NCBI GenBank assembly: GCA_964373795.1
Contig: CAYJVY010000001.1
Span: 99,837-163,836, forward strand
Reading direction: 5' to 3'
Length of the DNA: 64,000 nucleotides
Source of the DNA: an uncultured archaeon
GTDB taxonomy: Archaea > Iainarchaeota > Iainarchaeia > Iainarchaeales > DATDZZ01
A program made the position numbers and the translations under genes. The notes under the pieces were generated by a model that saw nothing but the letters and a program-made list of their open reading frames with translations, was not told the DNA's origin and did no database searches. Below are positions 37,816 through 46,186 of this stretch, piece by piece. Each line of letters opens with the position of its first letter. Position 1 is the first letter of the stretch.

Positions 37816-38466
37816 ATGGAATCAAAGTTACAGCTGAGAATTAAAAAAATTCTGGAATTGCTTAAACCTTTATACAAAAAAGATACTGCTTTAAAGTTTT
37901 CAACTCCATGGGAATTTGTTGTAGCAGTAATTCTTTCCGCGCAATGCACTGATGTTCGCGTAAACCAAGTTACAACCAAGCTATTCAAGAAATATAATTC
38001 ATTGGAGGATTATTGCCTTGCTTCTCAAAAAGAATTTGAGAAAGACATTTATTCAACAGGCTTTTATAGAAATAAAGCTAAAAATATTCTTGCAAGCGCA
38101 AAAAAAATTCGAAACGAATTTAAAGGAAGAATTCCTTCTACAATGCAAGAACTTTTAACCTTGCATGGAGTTTCAAGGAAATCAGCTAACGTAATTCTTT
38201 CAAAGCTTTTTGGCAAAATAGAAGGAGTAGTAGTTGACACTCATGTAAAACGTTTAACGCAAAGACTTGGATTAACTCAATTCATTGTTCCAGAAAAAAT
38301 AGAGCAAGACTTAATGCAATTAACTCCGCGCAAAGATTGGTGGAATTTAAGCAATTTATTGATTTGGCATGGAAGAGCAATTTGTCAAGCAAGAAAACCT
38401 AAATGCAGTGAATGCATTTTGAATTCTTTTTGTCCTTCAGCTTTTCATAGTCAAATTCGCCAATGA
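37816..38466 (+). CDS. nth: Endonuclease III (HhH-GPD glycosylase with 4Fe-4S cluster)
   Basis: HhH-GPD region LHGVSRKSANVILS, catalytic Asp region VVDTHV, C-x6-C-x2-C-x5-C cluster CQARKPKCSECILNSFC. Confidence 0.8.
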   Translation: MESKLQLRIKKILELLKPLYKKDTALKFSTPWEFVVAVILSAQCTDVRVNQVTTKLFKKYNSLEDYCLASQKEFEKDIYSTGFYRNKAKNILASAKKIRNEFKGRIPSTMQELLTLHGVSRKSANVILSKLFGKIEGVVVDTHVKRLTQRLGLTQFIVPEKIEQDLMQLTPRKDWWNLSNLLIWHGRAICQARKPKCSECILNSFCPSAFHSQIRQ

Positions 38467-38557
38467 TTATTTTGTTGGAAAAACATTGGATACAGGCAGG
38501 CATTAACGACTTTGGATTGCAAAAATATTTTACTGGCGCAAACTATTCCACAAAAGA

Positions 38558-39088
38558 CTAAACAATGATTGCCTTCCACAGAAGCAACAAGATCATAAAC
38601 TTTGAGAGAAAAACCACAATGAATAATTGAGGCAAGTTTATTTTTCCAAATGACATCAATGCAAGGGCTATTTCATCAGGAACTGGCATGCCAAATGCAA
38701 AAAATCCCAGAACCGGAAATGCTACTGATAGCTTAGCGAAATTACAGTGAAGCTTTTCCATAATTTTCTCAGTGTTTTTCTCCAAAGTCTTCCTTACAAC
38801 CGAGAAAAGGAGACAATCAACACAAGCAGCAACAAGTGCAGCAACTAAAGCAAAAAAAATAGCGTTCCCACTTTGCATTAGCTCCAATATAACAGCCATT
38901 GAAAAAGGTGTTGTTATGCCGAATGTATAAAAAGCTCCAGCAACAGCAGAACCAATCAATCCAAACCCAAGAAGATATTTTGAAACAATTCTGTCAAGAC
39001 CAAATAACACTAAGACCAAGCTCACAGCAATAAATATTATTGATAGAAGAATTCTTAATTCTAGAGAAAACTTTTTTGATAAAAGCAT
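38558..39088 (-). CDS. DedA/YqaA-like small membrane protein
   Basis: 4-5 TM segments and a FGMPVPDEIALAL motif reminiscent of the SNARE-associated/DedA G-x-P-x-P-x-E pattern. The N-terminus may overlap the TnpB right end. Confidence 0.35.
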   Translation of the reverse strand: MLLSKKFSLELRILLSIIFIAVSLVLVLFGLDRIVSKYLLGFGLIGSAVAGAFYTFGITTPFSMAVILELMQSGNAIFFALVAALVAACVDCLLFSVVRKTLEKNTEKIMEKLHCNFAKLSVAFPVLGFFAFGMPVPDEIALALMSFGKINLPQLFIVVFLSKFMILLLLWKAIIV

Positions 39089-40330
39089 TAAATCGCCTAA
39101 TAATATTATTCTTAATTTAGTATGTCAATTACCCACCATTGAAATGGTTGGCTTGTCGTTAAGCTCTGCTTCAATTCTGTTTCCAGTTTCAGCTTCATCA
39201 CTTACAACATTTGGCTTATTGACTAAAGCCTGCACAAAAAGAGATTTACCCCCTCTGACAATATTTCGAGAAGCATTCAAATCAGAATGCAACTCAAAAA
39301 CACATTCTTTACATTTGAACACACTTTCATGCCTATTATTTTTATCAACATATCCGCATTTAGAACATTCCTGACTTGTATACTTAGGATTAACCAAAAC
39401 AACTGATTTACCCAATCTCTCAACTTTATATTCAATGAAACTTCTAAGTTGAGCAAAACTCCAATTACCAATCATTTTTCTAGTTTTTCTACCAGTTCTG
39501 GAATTCCTAACATTTTTCAAGTCTTCTAAAGCAAATACATTGAAAGGCAATTCAACAATTTGCTTGCTAATTAAATGATTTACATTTCGCACAAAACGGT
39601 TCTCTTTTCCACTAACTTTTTGTAGTTTTCTTTTAGCGGATTTAGTGCCTTTGCTTTGCAAATCACTTTTCAACTTCTGATATTTACCTTTAATATTTCT
39701 CAAACTTCGAGAATTAAAAAAAGAATTATTTGACAAAGTAACAATATTTTTTATACCACTATCAATGTCAAGAGTTTCAAAACCTTCAACTTTAGGAATT
39801 TTATCATTCAACATTTGTAAATGCAAAAAATAGTTTTGTCTTTTCTTTACAAGTTGGGCATTTGAGTATTTCCACTCAGAATATTTTTTGAAATAATTAG
39901 CCATTATGAAAGGAATTTTTTGTCTACCAAACAAAGTGCTTATAGAAATTATACCTTTGTCAAACATTATTGAAAGGTTTCTTTTGTCAAATCTTATTCC
40001 AGAAAACTCTTTTTTAATAGGTTTTTGTTTTAATTTCAATTTTTTGAGCATATCACTTGCTTGATCACGGGAAGTTTGAAGTAAAGAAGATTGTATGCGT
40101 GGATATTTTTTTCTAAGTAAATTGTAAGTTCTTTTATGTAGTTTGTTTTTGTTAAAAGTATGGTTTTCATATCCAAAATTAATTATTTCTTGACAAGTTT
40201 TGTTAAATGTGGACATAGTTGATTCTAATTCCTTCACAACACCAAGTTTTATTATTACAGTCCTAATATCTTTATTAATCATACAATATTATTATTACTT
40301 CTTACTTATAAAAGTTTAGACTTATTTCAA
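39000..40330 (-). mobile_element. IS200/IS605-family element remnant carrying tnpB only (IS1341-like). Boundaries approximate.
   Basis: TnpB ORF with no adjacent Y1 TnpA. Ends not delimitable by eye. Confidence 0.4.
39125..40282 (-). CDS. tnpB: TnpB (OrfB) RuvC-like RNA-guided nuclease of IS200/IS605 family
   Basis: RuvC-I LDIDSGIKNIV, RuvC-II LEDLKNV, Zn finger CSKCGYVDKNNRHESVFKCKECVFELHSDLNASRNI. 385 aa. Confidence 0.8.
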   Translation of the reverse strand: MINKDIRTVIIKLGVVKELESTMSTFNKTCQEIINFGYENHTFNKNKLHKRTYNLLRKKYPRIQSSLLQTSRDQASDMLKKLKLKQKPIKKEFSGIRFDKRNLSIMFDKGIISISTLFGRQKIPFIMANYFKKYSEWKYSNAQLVKKRQNYFLHLQMLNDKIPKVEGFETLDIDSGIKNIVTLSNNSFFNSRSLRNIKGKYQKLKSDLQSKGTKSAKRKLQKVSGKENRFVRNVNHLISKQIVELPFNVFALEDLKNVRNSRTGRKTRKMIGNWSFAQLRSFIEYKVERLGKSVVLVNPKYTSQECSKCGYVDKNNRHESVFKCKECVFELHSDLNASRNIVRGGKSLFVQALVNKPNVVSDEAETGNRIEAELNDKPTISMVGN

Positions 40331-40626
40331 AGATCCTTAAATAAGCCACATTAACTGCCTTTTTTTGCACAATCACTAACTTGAAGGAAAGCAATTTTTG
40401 CAGCAAATGCGGAAAACCACTCAACACAGAAACCTTGAAAGTATTGGAGCAAAAAGCCCAAACAAGCAACTTGCTGCAAGAAATAATTCGTTCAGAACTA
40501 GAAAAGAAAGGAATTGATTTAGCGGAAATAACTAGAGTTTTGGCGGCAAAAGCTGAATTTTCATCCAAAACGTTTAAATTTAGGTGTTACACTCATATTA
40601 ATAATTCTTTAATATTGGTGTAGCAT

Positions 40627-41127
40627 ATGGAAGGGCTTTCCAGCAAGGAAATCAAGGTTATTTCTTTTCTTGAACTCAATGAGAAGTCTTTCTTTACAAG
40701 AAAAGACATCAAACAGTTTTTCAAGAACTATTCCGAGCTTTCAGTTTATCTTCACAGGCTTAAAAGCAAAGGCAGGATAATCAAGATAACCAAAACCAAA
40801 TATTACCTAGTTCCGATAAAAGCATACGAGGGCAAATGGTCTGAAAATCCATTCATTGTAATTGACGAAATATTCAACGGCAAAAACTATTTCATTGGAG
40901 GTTATGCCGCAGCACACTATTTGGGCCTCATTGACCAAATCCCAAGAAAAATTGAAGTCTATTGCACCAACAAGCAGGGAAAAACCAAACTTTTTGACAC
41001 AGAAATTGTATTTAAGAGAATCAGACCAAAAAACCTCGTTGGCTTTGTCGAACAAAAATCCAAAAACCACTCTTTCAAAATAGCTTCTAAAGAAAAGGTA
41101 TTGCAATGGATGAAATCAAACCCATAA
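40627..41127 (+). CDS. AbiEi-like antitoxin / COG5340-type transcriptional regulator
   Basis: 166 aa, N-terminal wHTH-like region, overlaps the downstream nucleotidyltransferase gene by 22 bp. The COG5340-COG2253 pairing is typical. Confidence 0.5.
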   Translation: MEGLSSKEIKVISFLELNEKSFFTRKDIKQFFKNYSELSVYLHRLKSKGRIIKITKTKYYLVPIKAYEGKWSENPFIVIDEIFNGKNYFIGGYAAAHYLGLIDQIPRKIEVYCTNKQGKTKLFDTEIVFKRIRPKNLVGFVEQKSKNHSFKIASKEKVLQWMKSNP

Positions 41128-41888
41128 CAGAAAACCGCCTTCGATTCTTGGCAGCTGACAAAAAATTCAGTCTCTACTACTTGGAAAAAGACTATTACCT
41201 GACAGCACTGCTGTATTTCCTCAAAGATGTTCCTGACATTTGCTTTAAAGGCGGAACCGCACTAAACAAAATATTCCTCAACCACACCAGGCTGAGCGAA
41301 GACCTGGATTTTACCTGTGTCGGCCCACTGGAAAAAACAAAAAAAGCAATTCTCGAAATAGCTGAAAGCCACAAGGAATTCTTTATAAGAACACAATTTG
41401 ACAAGCAAACACCAAACTTTTTCAGGCTAAAAATCACCTACAAAACAATAACAGACTTAAGACCAGAAATCGTTGTTGATGTAAACAAGCAGGCATCTGT
41501 TTACTTGAAACCACAAAAATATAAGATCCCACACTTTTACGATGAAATCCCAGAGTTTGAGGTTTCTGCACTCGACAAGAAGGAATTGATTGCAGAAAAA
41601 GTCAGAACTCTTTTTCAAAGAAAAAAGGCAAGAGACTACTTCGACCTCTACTCCATAATCCAAGAAAAAATTCCAATAGATTTGGCTCTTGTAAAAAAGA
41701 AGCTAAAAGACATCAAAAAATTTGAAGTTAGCCAAATTTTCAAAAACGCCAACAAAGTTTATCGCTCTTGGGAACTGGAAATCAGTGCACTAACCAACAA
41801 ACCAATCGAATACAAAACCGCAATAACCACTATTTCCAAACACTTCAAATACAAGCAAACAAAACAAAGCAAGGCTGCCAAGAAGTGA
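41106..41888 (+). CDS. AbiEii/AbiGii-family nucleotidyltransferase toxin (COG2253, DUF1814)
   Basis: Pol-beta NTase motif FKGGTALNKIFLNHTRLSEDLDF (GG...S.DLD). 260 aa. C-ending codon usage visibly differs from surrounding genes. Confidence 0.65.
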   Translation: MDEIKPITENRLRFLAADKKFSLYYLEKDYYLTALLYFLKDVPDICFKGGTALNKIFLNHTRLSEDLDFTCVGPLEKTKKAILEIAESHKEFFIRTQFDKQTPNFFRLKITYKTITDLRPEIVVDVNKQASVYLKPQKYKIPHFYDEIPEFEVSALDKKELIAEKVRTLFQRKKARDYFDLYSIIQEKIPIDLALVKKKLKDIKKFEVSQIFKNANKVYRSWELEISALTNKPIEYKTAITTISKHFKYKQTKQSKAAKK

Positions 41889-42050
41889 ATTGCATGGAAA
41901 CATTTAAGGGAAAAGTCCGCAGAATCCTAGCCAACGGTGGAACCGGAATTTCCATTTTGGTTTTGTTTGACGGAAACAATAATACTTATTTTTGTGCCAG
42001 CATTTTAGGCAGGCTAGACTAACTTTTTCTGGGTTTGTCATTTGATCACT

Positions 42051-42293
42051 TTACAGTTCTTTTATTTGGTTGAGTGTTGTTTCTATGTTTTCGTTTGAAA
42101 CTAGGAAGAACGCTGTTTTTCCATTTCCAAGTTTTGCCCAGTCGTCTGCAATCTCAACTTTGTATTGGGTGTCTTTTGTGCTGGTTCGGTCGTCCCCTTT
42201 CCATTCAAGAACATAATTGTGCCTTTTTTTGTAACTGCAATAAAGTCAGGATAAAATTTGCCTCTCTTCCAGCCTGGATGTAGAAGTCTTGCT
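42051..42293 (-). pseudogene. Frameshifted remnant of an HsdR-N / PD-(D/E)xK restriction-endonuclease-like domain gene
   Basis: Minus-strand translation gives ...RGKFYPDFIAVTKKGTIMF then a -1 shift LEWKGDDRTSTKDTQYKVEIADDWAKLGNGKTAFFLVSNE...*. PD...(E)WK matches the HsdR N-terminal nuclease motif. No intact start. Confidence 0.4.
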
Positions 42294-42453
42294 TTTCCTT
42301 GTTACGAACCCAGCATTTGGCTTACTTGCATTAAATTCTTTTTTTCTCTGATAAAACGAAAATTAAAATTAAAGAGCATTAATTAAAAAATATGGCTTTT
42401 TAAATTGTTTTATGAGATAAATATTCTACTAATATAGTTGCCGGGGTGATTAA

Positions 42454-42600
42454 TTGCCTTTAGTTGAAGCAAGTTCCAAGTCATCAAGAGTTGAACGAAG
42501 ATGCATGAGTTGTGGCAGGGCTTTAAATCCAGATGCAAGAGACCTTTATTCAAGAAGATTTTGCTCTAATGGATGTAAAGAAAACTATTTAAGAAAATAA
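42454..42600 (+). CDS. 48-aa zinc-ribbon mini-protein (C-x2-C...C-x3-C), TTG start
   Basis: ...RRCMSCGRALNPDARDLYSRRFCSNGCKENYLRK. GGGGTGA Shine-Dalgarno-like sequence just upstream. Below the ORF-track cut-off. Confidence 0.3.
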   Translation: MPLVEASSKSSRVERRCMSCGRALNPDARDLYSRRFCSNGCKENYLRK

Positions 42601-42621
42601 AACTTTTTTAATAGTGTTCAA

Positions 42622-43407
42622 ATGGATTTTATTACTCAAAAAGTAAATCAATTGTATGAAAAATATCCTTATCCTTCTCTTTCTTTTTTTAATCCAAGCC
42701 TAGACATATCTATTCATGCAAACAAGATTGCAAAGCCTTTGAATAAAACCATTTATGATCTTTCTCCTAGGAACTCTGTTTTAGATGTTGGATGTGGAAC
42801 AGGAGAAATCACTTGTTCTCTGGCTTTTGGTGGTGCGAAAACAGTTGGAGTTGATTTGTCAAAAAATTCGTTGAAGAGAGCAAGGCTTTTAGCAAAAAAA
42901 CTCAAACTTTCAACCATTAAATTTTTGCATAAAAATTTATTTGATTTAAATTTAAATCAAGAATTTGATTTTGTTTTTTCTTTAGGAGTATTACATCATA
43001 CTTCTAATCCAAAAAAGGGTTTTGAAAAACTTGTCCAACACACTAAATCAAATGGATTTATTACTATTGGATTGTATAATGTTTTTGGAAGATTTAAGCA
43101 CAGGCTTAGAAGAAAACTTATTTCTGTTCTTGCAGGAAAAGACATTGAGAAAAGAATTGCTTTAAGCAAGAAATTGTTTCATAAAGGATTTGCTTCAGAG
43201 CAAGATGAAATTTATTTAGCTGATAAATTTGCTCATCCAAATGAAAGGTATTCTTCTTTGGAAGAAGTTTTTTCCTGGTTTAAAGAATTTAACATTAAAT
43301 TTGTTGACTGTAATCCAAAAATTTCTTCAAATCCTTTTTTAACTCAAATCAATTGGCTTTTAAATGAAAAAACGTTTTTCATTGTTTCAGGGCAAAAACT
43401 TGAATAA
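42622..43407 (+). CDS. Class I SAM-dependent methyltransferase
   Basis: Motif I VLDVGCGTGEIT, motif II FDFVFS. Confidence 0.65.
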   Translation: MDFITQKVNQLYEKYPYPSLSFFNPSLDISIHANKIAKPLNKTIYDLSPRNSVLDVGCGTGEITCSLAFGGAKTVGVDLSKNSLKRARLLAKKLKLSTIKFLHKNLFDLNLNQEFDFVFSLGVLHHTSNPKKGFEKLVQHTKSNGFITIGLYNVFGRFKHRLRRKLISVLAGKDIEKRIALSKKLFHKGFASEQDEIYLADKFAHPNERYSSLEEVFSWFKEFNIKFVDCNPKISSNPFLTQINWLLNEKTFFIVSGQKLE

Positions 43408-43439
43408 GCTTTAATAATTTTTTCAATTAAACTATTTCA

Positions 43440-43937
43440 GTGATTGAATTGAGTGAAGTTAAAAAAATAATTGAAGCAGCATTATTTATGAGTTCAAAAC
43501 CAATTCCTTTCATGGAATTACTTAAGTTATCGGAAAGCGCTTTAGAGTTAAGAAAATCAATTACTGAGTTAACCAATTTTTATAATTCATCTGATTCTGC
43601 TTTAGAAATAACTGAAACTCCTGCAGGATTTCAAATGAGGGTTAGATTAAATTATGCTGATAAAGTAAACCATTTAGCTGCTGCTTCAAGTGAATTTTCT
43701 TCATCTGTAATGAAAACCCTTGCATTAATTGCTTACAAGCAACCATTAATTCAAGCAGAATTAATTAAGTATCGTTCAAACAAAGCATACGAAGACGTAA
43801 AAGTTTTAGAGTCATTAGGATTTATTTCTCGTGAACCAAACCAGAAAACATTTATTTTGCGTACAACAAAAAAATTCGTTGAATACTTCGGCCCAAACCC
43901 AGTGAAACTAGTAAAACACGAAGCATTAAAAGAATAA
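43440..43937 (+). CDS. scpB: Segregation and condensation protein B
   Basis: IIEAALFMSSKPIPFMELLKL and a second wHTH (ELIKYRSNKAYEDVKVLESLGFI). 165 aa. Confidence 0.6.
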   Translation: MIELSEVKKIIEAALFMSSKPIPFMELLKLSESALELRKSITELTNFYNSSDSALEITETPAGFQMRVRLNYADKVNHLAAASSEFSSSVMKTLALIAYKQPLIQAELIKYRSNKAYEDVKVLESLGFISREPNQKTFILRTTKKFVEYFGPNPVKLVKHEALKE

Positions 43938-43945
43938 TTTCTAAA

Positions 43946-44689
43946 TCACTTCTTTTTAACATATATTTGATAAGGAAAGTAAACTCTTCCTTCAATTTCC
44001 AAAGTAATTGTTTTAACACTGTTTTCAGTTTTATTAAAAATGGCGTCATATATTTCATATTGGTTATCGTTTATCTCAAAATAAATTTTTGAACCCTTAT
44101 TCAGAGGAGGTGAAGTAAACCATCCTCCTCTCTCAGTTTTTCCTTCTTTTAATAACTCTCCATTTGATGAAAAAAGTTTTACATTGATTCCTTCCACTTC
44201 ATTAAAAATATTTTCATCAAGAACAGAAATTTTAACAGTGTTTTCTTTTTTTTCAAAATCATATAAAGGATTTAATGAAACTGCAAAGCTGCTTACTTTT
44301 GATAGAACTCCACCTTCAATATATTCGTGACTGCTTACAAATCCTTCCTTCATTGCAAGTACGTATAAAGATTCATTTTTATCAGTGTTTTCTTTAATAG
44401 CTTTAGTTGAATAAAACGTTCCATCAAAACCTGTTCGACCTTCGTCTACTATGAAAAATATTGAACCAGTTTCTTCATTAATTGTATTTCTTTTAATCAC
44501 AACTACTATTGAGTCTGATACTGGTTGTTGGGTTTCATCATTCAAGACAATGATTTTTCCATTACCTGAATTGTTTATTAAATTTACTCCAATGCATCCA
44601 CTTAAAGTAATAATTAATAAAACCAAAAGCACAAAACTTGTCAAACTTTTTTTTGATTCCATAAATTCTACAAAAACCTTATTTAACAA
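43946..44689 (-). CDS. Secreted beta-rich hypothetical protein with signal peptide
   Basis: N-terminal hydrophobic segment then Cys (LSGCIGV). 247 aa. Confidence 0.4.
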   Translation of the reverse strand: MLNKVFVEFMESKKSLTSFVLLVLLIITLSGCIGVNLINNSGNGKIIVLNDETQQPVSDSIVVVIKRNTINEETGSIFFIVDEGRTGFDGTFYSTKAIKENTDKNESLYVLAMKEGFVSSHEYIEGGVLSKVSSFAVSLNPLYDFEKKENTVKISVLDENIFNEVEGINVKLFSSNGELLKEGKTERGGWFTSPPLNKGSKIYFEINDNQYEIYDAIFNKTENSVKTITLEIEGRVYFPYQIYVKKK

Positions 44690-44751
44690 ATGATTTATAT
44701 ACTTGTTTGATACATAATACTAATACGTATTTTTATTTAGGGGTGATTTTT

Positions 44752-45105
44752 TTGGGATTTCTTAAAAACGTGTTATCTCCAAGACAAGAGGAAATCAACA
44801 TTGAAGAGTTTTTAAACAACTTGGATGTTGAAGAAGAAACTTTAGAAGATGCAGATGCATATGTTAAGCCAATGGTTTTAGCAGAGGAAGCAGATGTGCA
44901 AACAGTTTTAAACGAAGCAAAGCAAGGAAATATTGTTTTGTTAAACATTGCTGATTTAACTAAAAGAAATGCATTAAAGCTTAGAGACTTAGTTGGAAGA
45001 ATCAGAGACGAAGTTGAATCAATTAATGGAGATATTGCAAGGATTTCAGATGATAGGGTTTTGGTTACTCCGTCTAGGGTTAAAATTGTTAAAAGAAGGA
45101 ATTAA
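44752..45105 (+). CDS. sepF: Cell division protein SepF (FtsZ anchor)
   Basis: SepF/DUF552 core GNIVLLNIADL...LRDLVGRIRDEV...DDRVLVTPSRVKIV. The ORF track starts at 44707, but a TTG at 44752 lies 7 nt after an AGGGGTGA Shine-Dalgarno-like sequence. Confidence 0.65.
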   Translation: MGFLKNVLSPRQEEINIEEFLNNLDVEEETLEDADAYVKPMVLAEEADVQTVLNEAKQGNIVLLNIADLTKRNALKLRDLVGRIRDEVESINGDIARISDDRVLVTPSRVKIVKRRN

Positions 45106-45128
45106 AGTTTAATTACAAGGTTAATTAA

Positions 45129-45914
45129 ATGATTTTAAACAAACCTTCTTTTTCCATTTCTTTTTCTTTTGAAGATTGTGTTTCTACTATTGAAAGCATT
45201 ATTAAGTCTCATGGTTGGACTAATTTTGAAGTAGGAGACGTAAAACTTGTTTACACTCCTTACTGGATTTTTTCTTACGATGCTTTTCTTGAATCAACTG
45301 AAAAAGGGAAAGAAAAATTTATTTCAGACACCTCTTCTAGTAAAATGGCTTTAAATTCTCATACAGGAGAATTAAATCAAGACATTCCTTCATTGCTTGA
45401 ATTTAATCCAGTTCACAATGTAAGAAAACCAGACGAAAAATATGAATTCGAAGTAGTCACTCCACTCATTTCAAAAAATGAAGTGCAAAAAATTGCTCCA
45501 ATTAAATTAGCTTCTCAATTGCAAGTTCCAAAAGACAATATTGTTATTTCTGCCTTGCAAGAATTATTTGTTCCTGTTTGGATTTTGCAAATAAAAGTAG
45601 CAGAAGGAGTTTATAGATTTGAAGTTAACGCTGTAAGCGGAGACATTATTAATGAACAAGAAATTCCTGAAAGAGAAAAATCTTGGATTGAAGTAACAAA
45701 TGAAACTCTTTCAGAGTTACAATCTCCTGGAGCATGGATTAAATATTCTTCCGAGATTTTTGGAGAAACATTTAAATCAGTACCAAAGCCTTCTTTAAGT
45801 TCAAATCAAAATCTTTTAAGTCTTTTTTCCTCCCAAAAAAGAATACTAATAATTTTATTAGTGATTTTGTTAATTTTAATTCTTTTATGGAATTATGGAT
45901 ACATTAAAATATAA
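45129..45914 (+). CDS. C-terminally membrane-anchored hypothetical protein downstream of sepF
   Basis: 261 aa, single C-terminal TM helix ILIILLVILLILILLW. Confidence 0.4.
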   Translation: MILNKPSFSISFSFEDCVSTIESIIKSHGWTNFEVGDVKLVYTPYWIFSYDAFLESTEKGKEKFISDTSSSKMALNSHTGELNQDIPSLLEFNPVHNVRKPDEKYEFEVVTPLISKNEVQKIAPIKLASQLQVPKDNIVISALQELFVPVWILQIKVAEGVYRFEVNAVSGDIINEQEIPEREKSWIEVTNETLSELQSPGAWIKYSSEIFGETFKSVPKPSLSSNQNLLSLFSSQKRILIILLVILLILILLWNYGYIKI

Positions 45915-45934
45915 CTTGCCTTCCTATTTTTTTT

Positions 45935-46186
45935 ATGAAACCATTTCCAAGAAAACAAAGGAAAAGAACTTTTCCACCTAAAATGAAGGTAGATAGAAAG
46001 CTTTCGAAAAAACAAATCGCTTATTATCAAAAACTTGGTTTTAAAGTTTTAAGACATCCAATTTCCGCAAATTTAATTTTATTTAATCCTAAAACAGGAA
46101 AAGAAATTTGGGTTTTAGAAGAACATAGTGGATTTAGTAGAGCAATGCTTAGAAGAATTTTTCTTCCAGAAGATGAACTTGATTAA
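45935..46186 (+). CDS. Small basic hypothetical protein
   Basis: 83 aa, Arg/Lys-rich N-terminus. Confidence 0.3.
   Translation: MKPFPRKQRKRTFPPKMKVDRKLSKKQIAYYQKLGFKVLRHPISANLILFNPKTGKEIWVLEEHSGFSRAMLRRIFLPEDELD

Noticed and set aside
38558-39088. IS200 TnpA adjacent to tnpB
   Set aside because: Neither flanking ORF has the HUH (HxH) and catalytic Tyr motifs. The 176-aa neighbour is a multi-TM protein.
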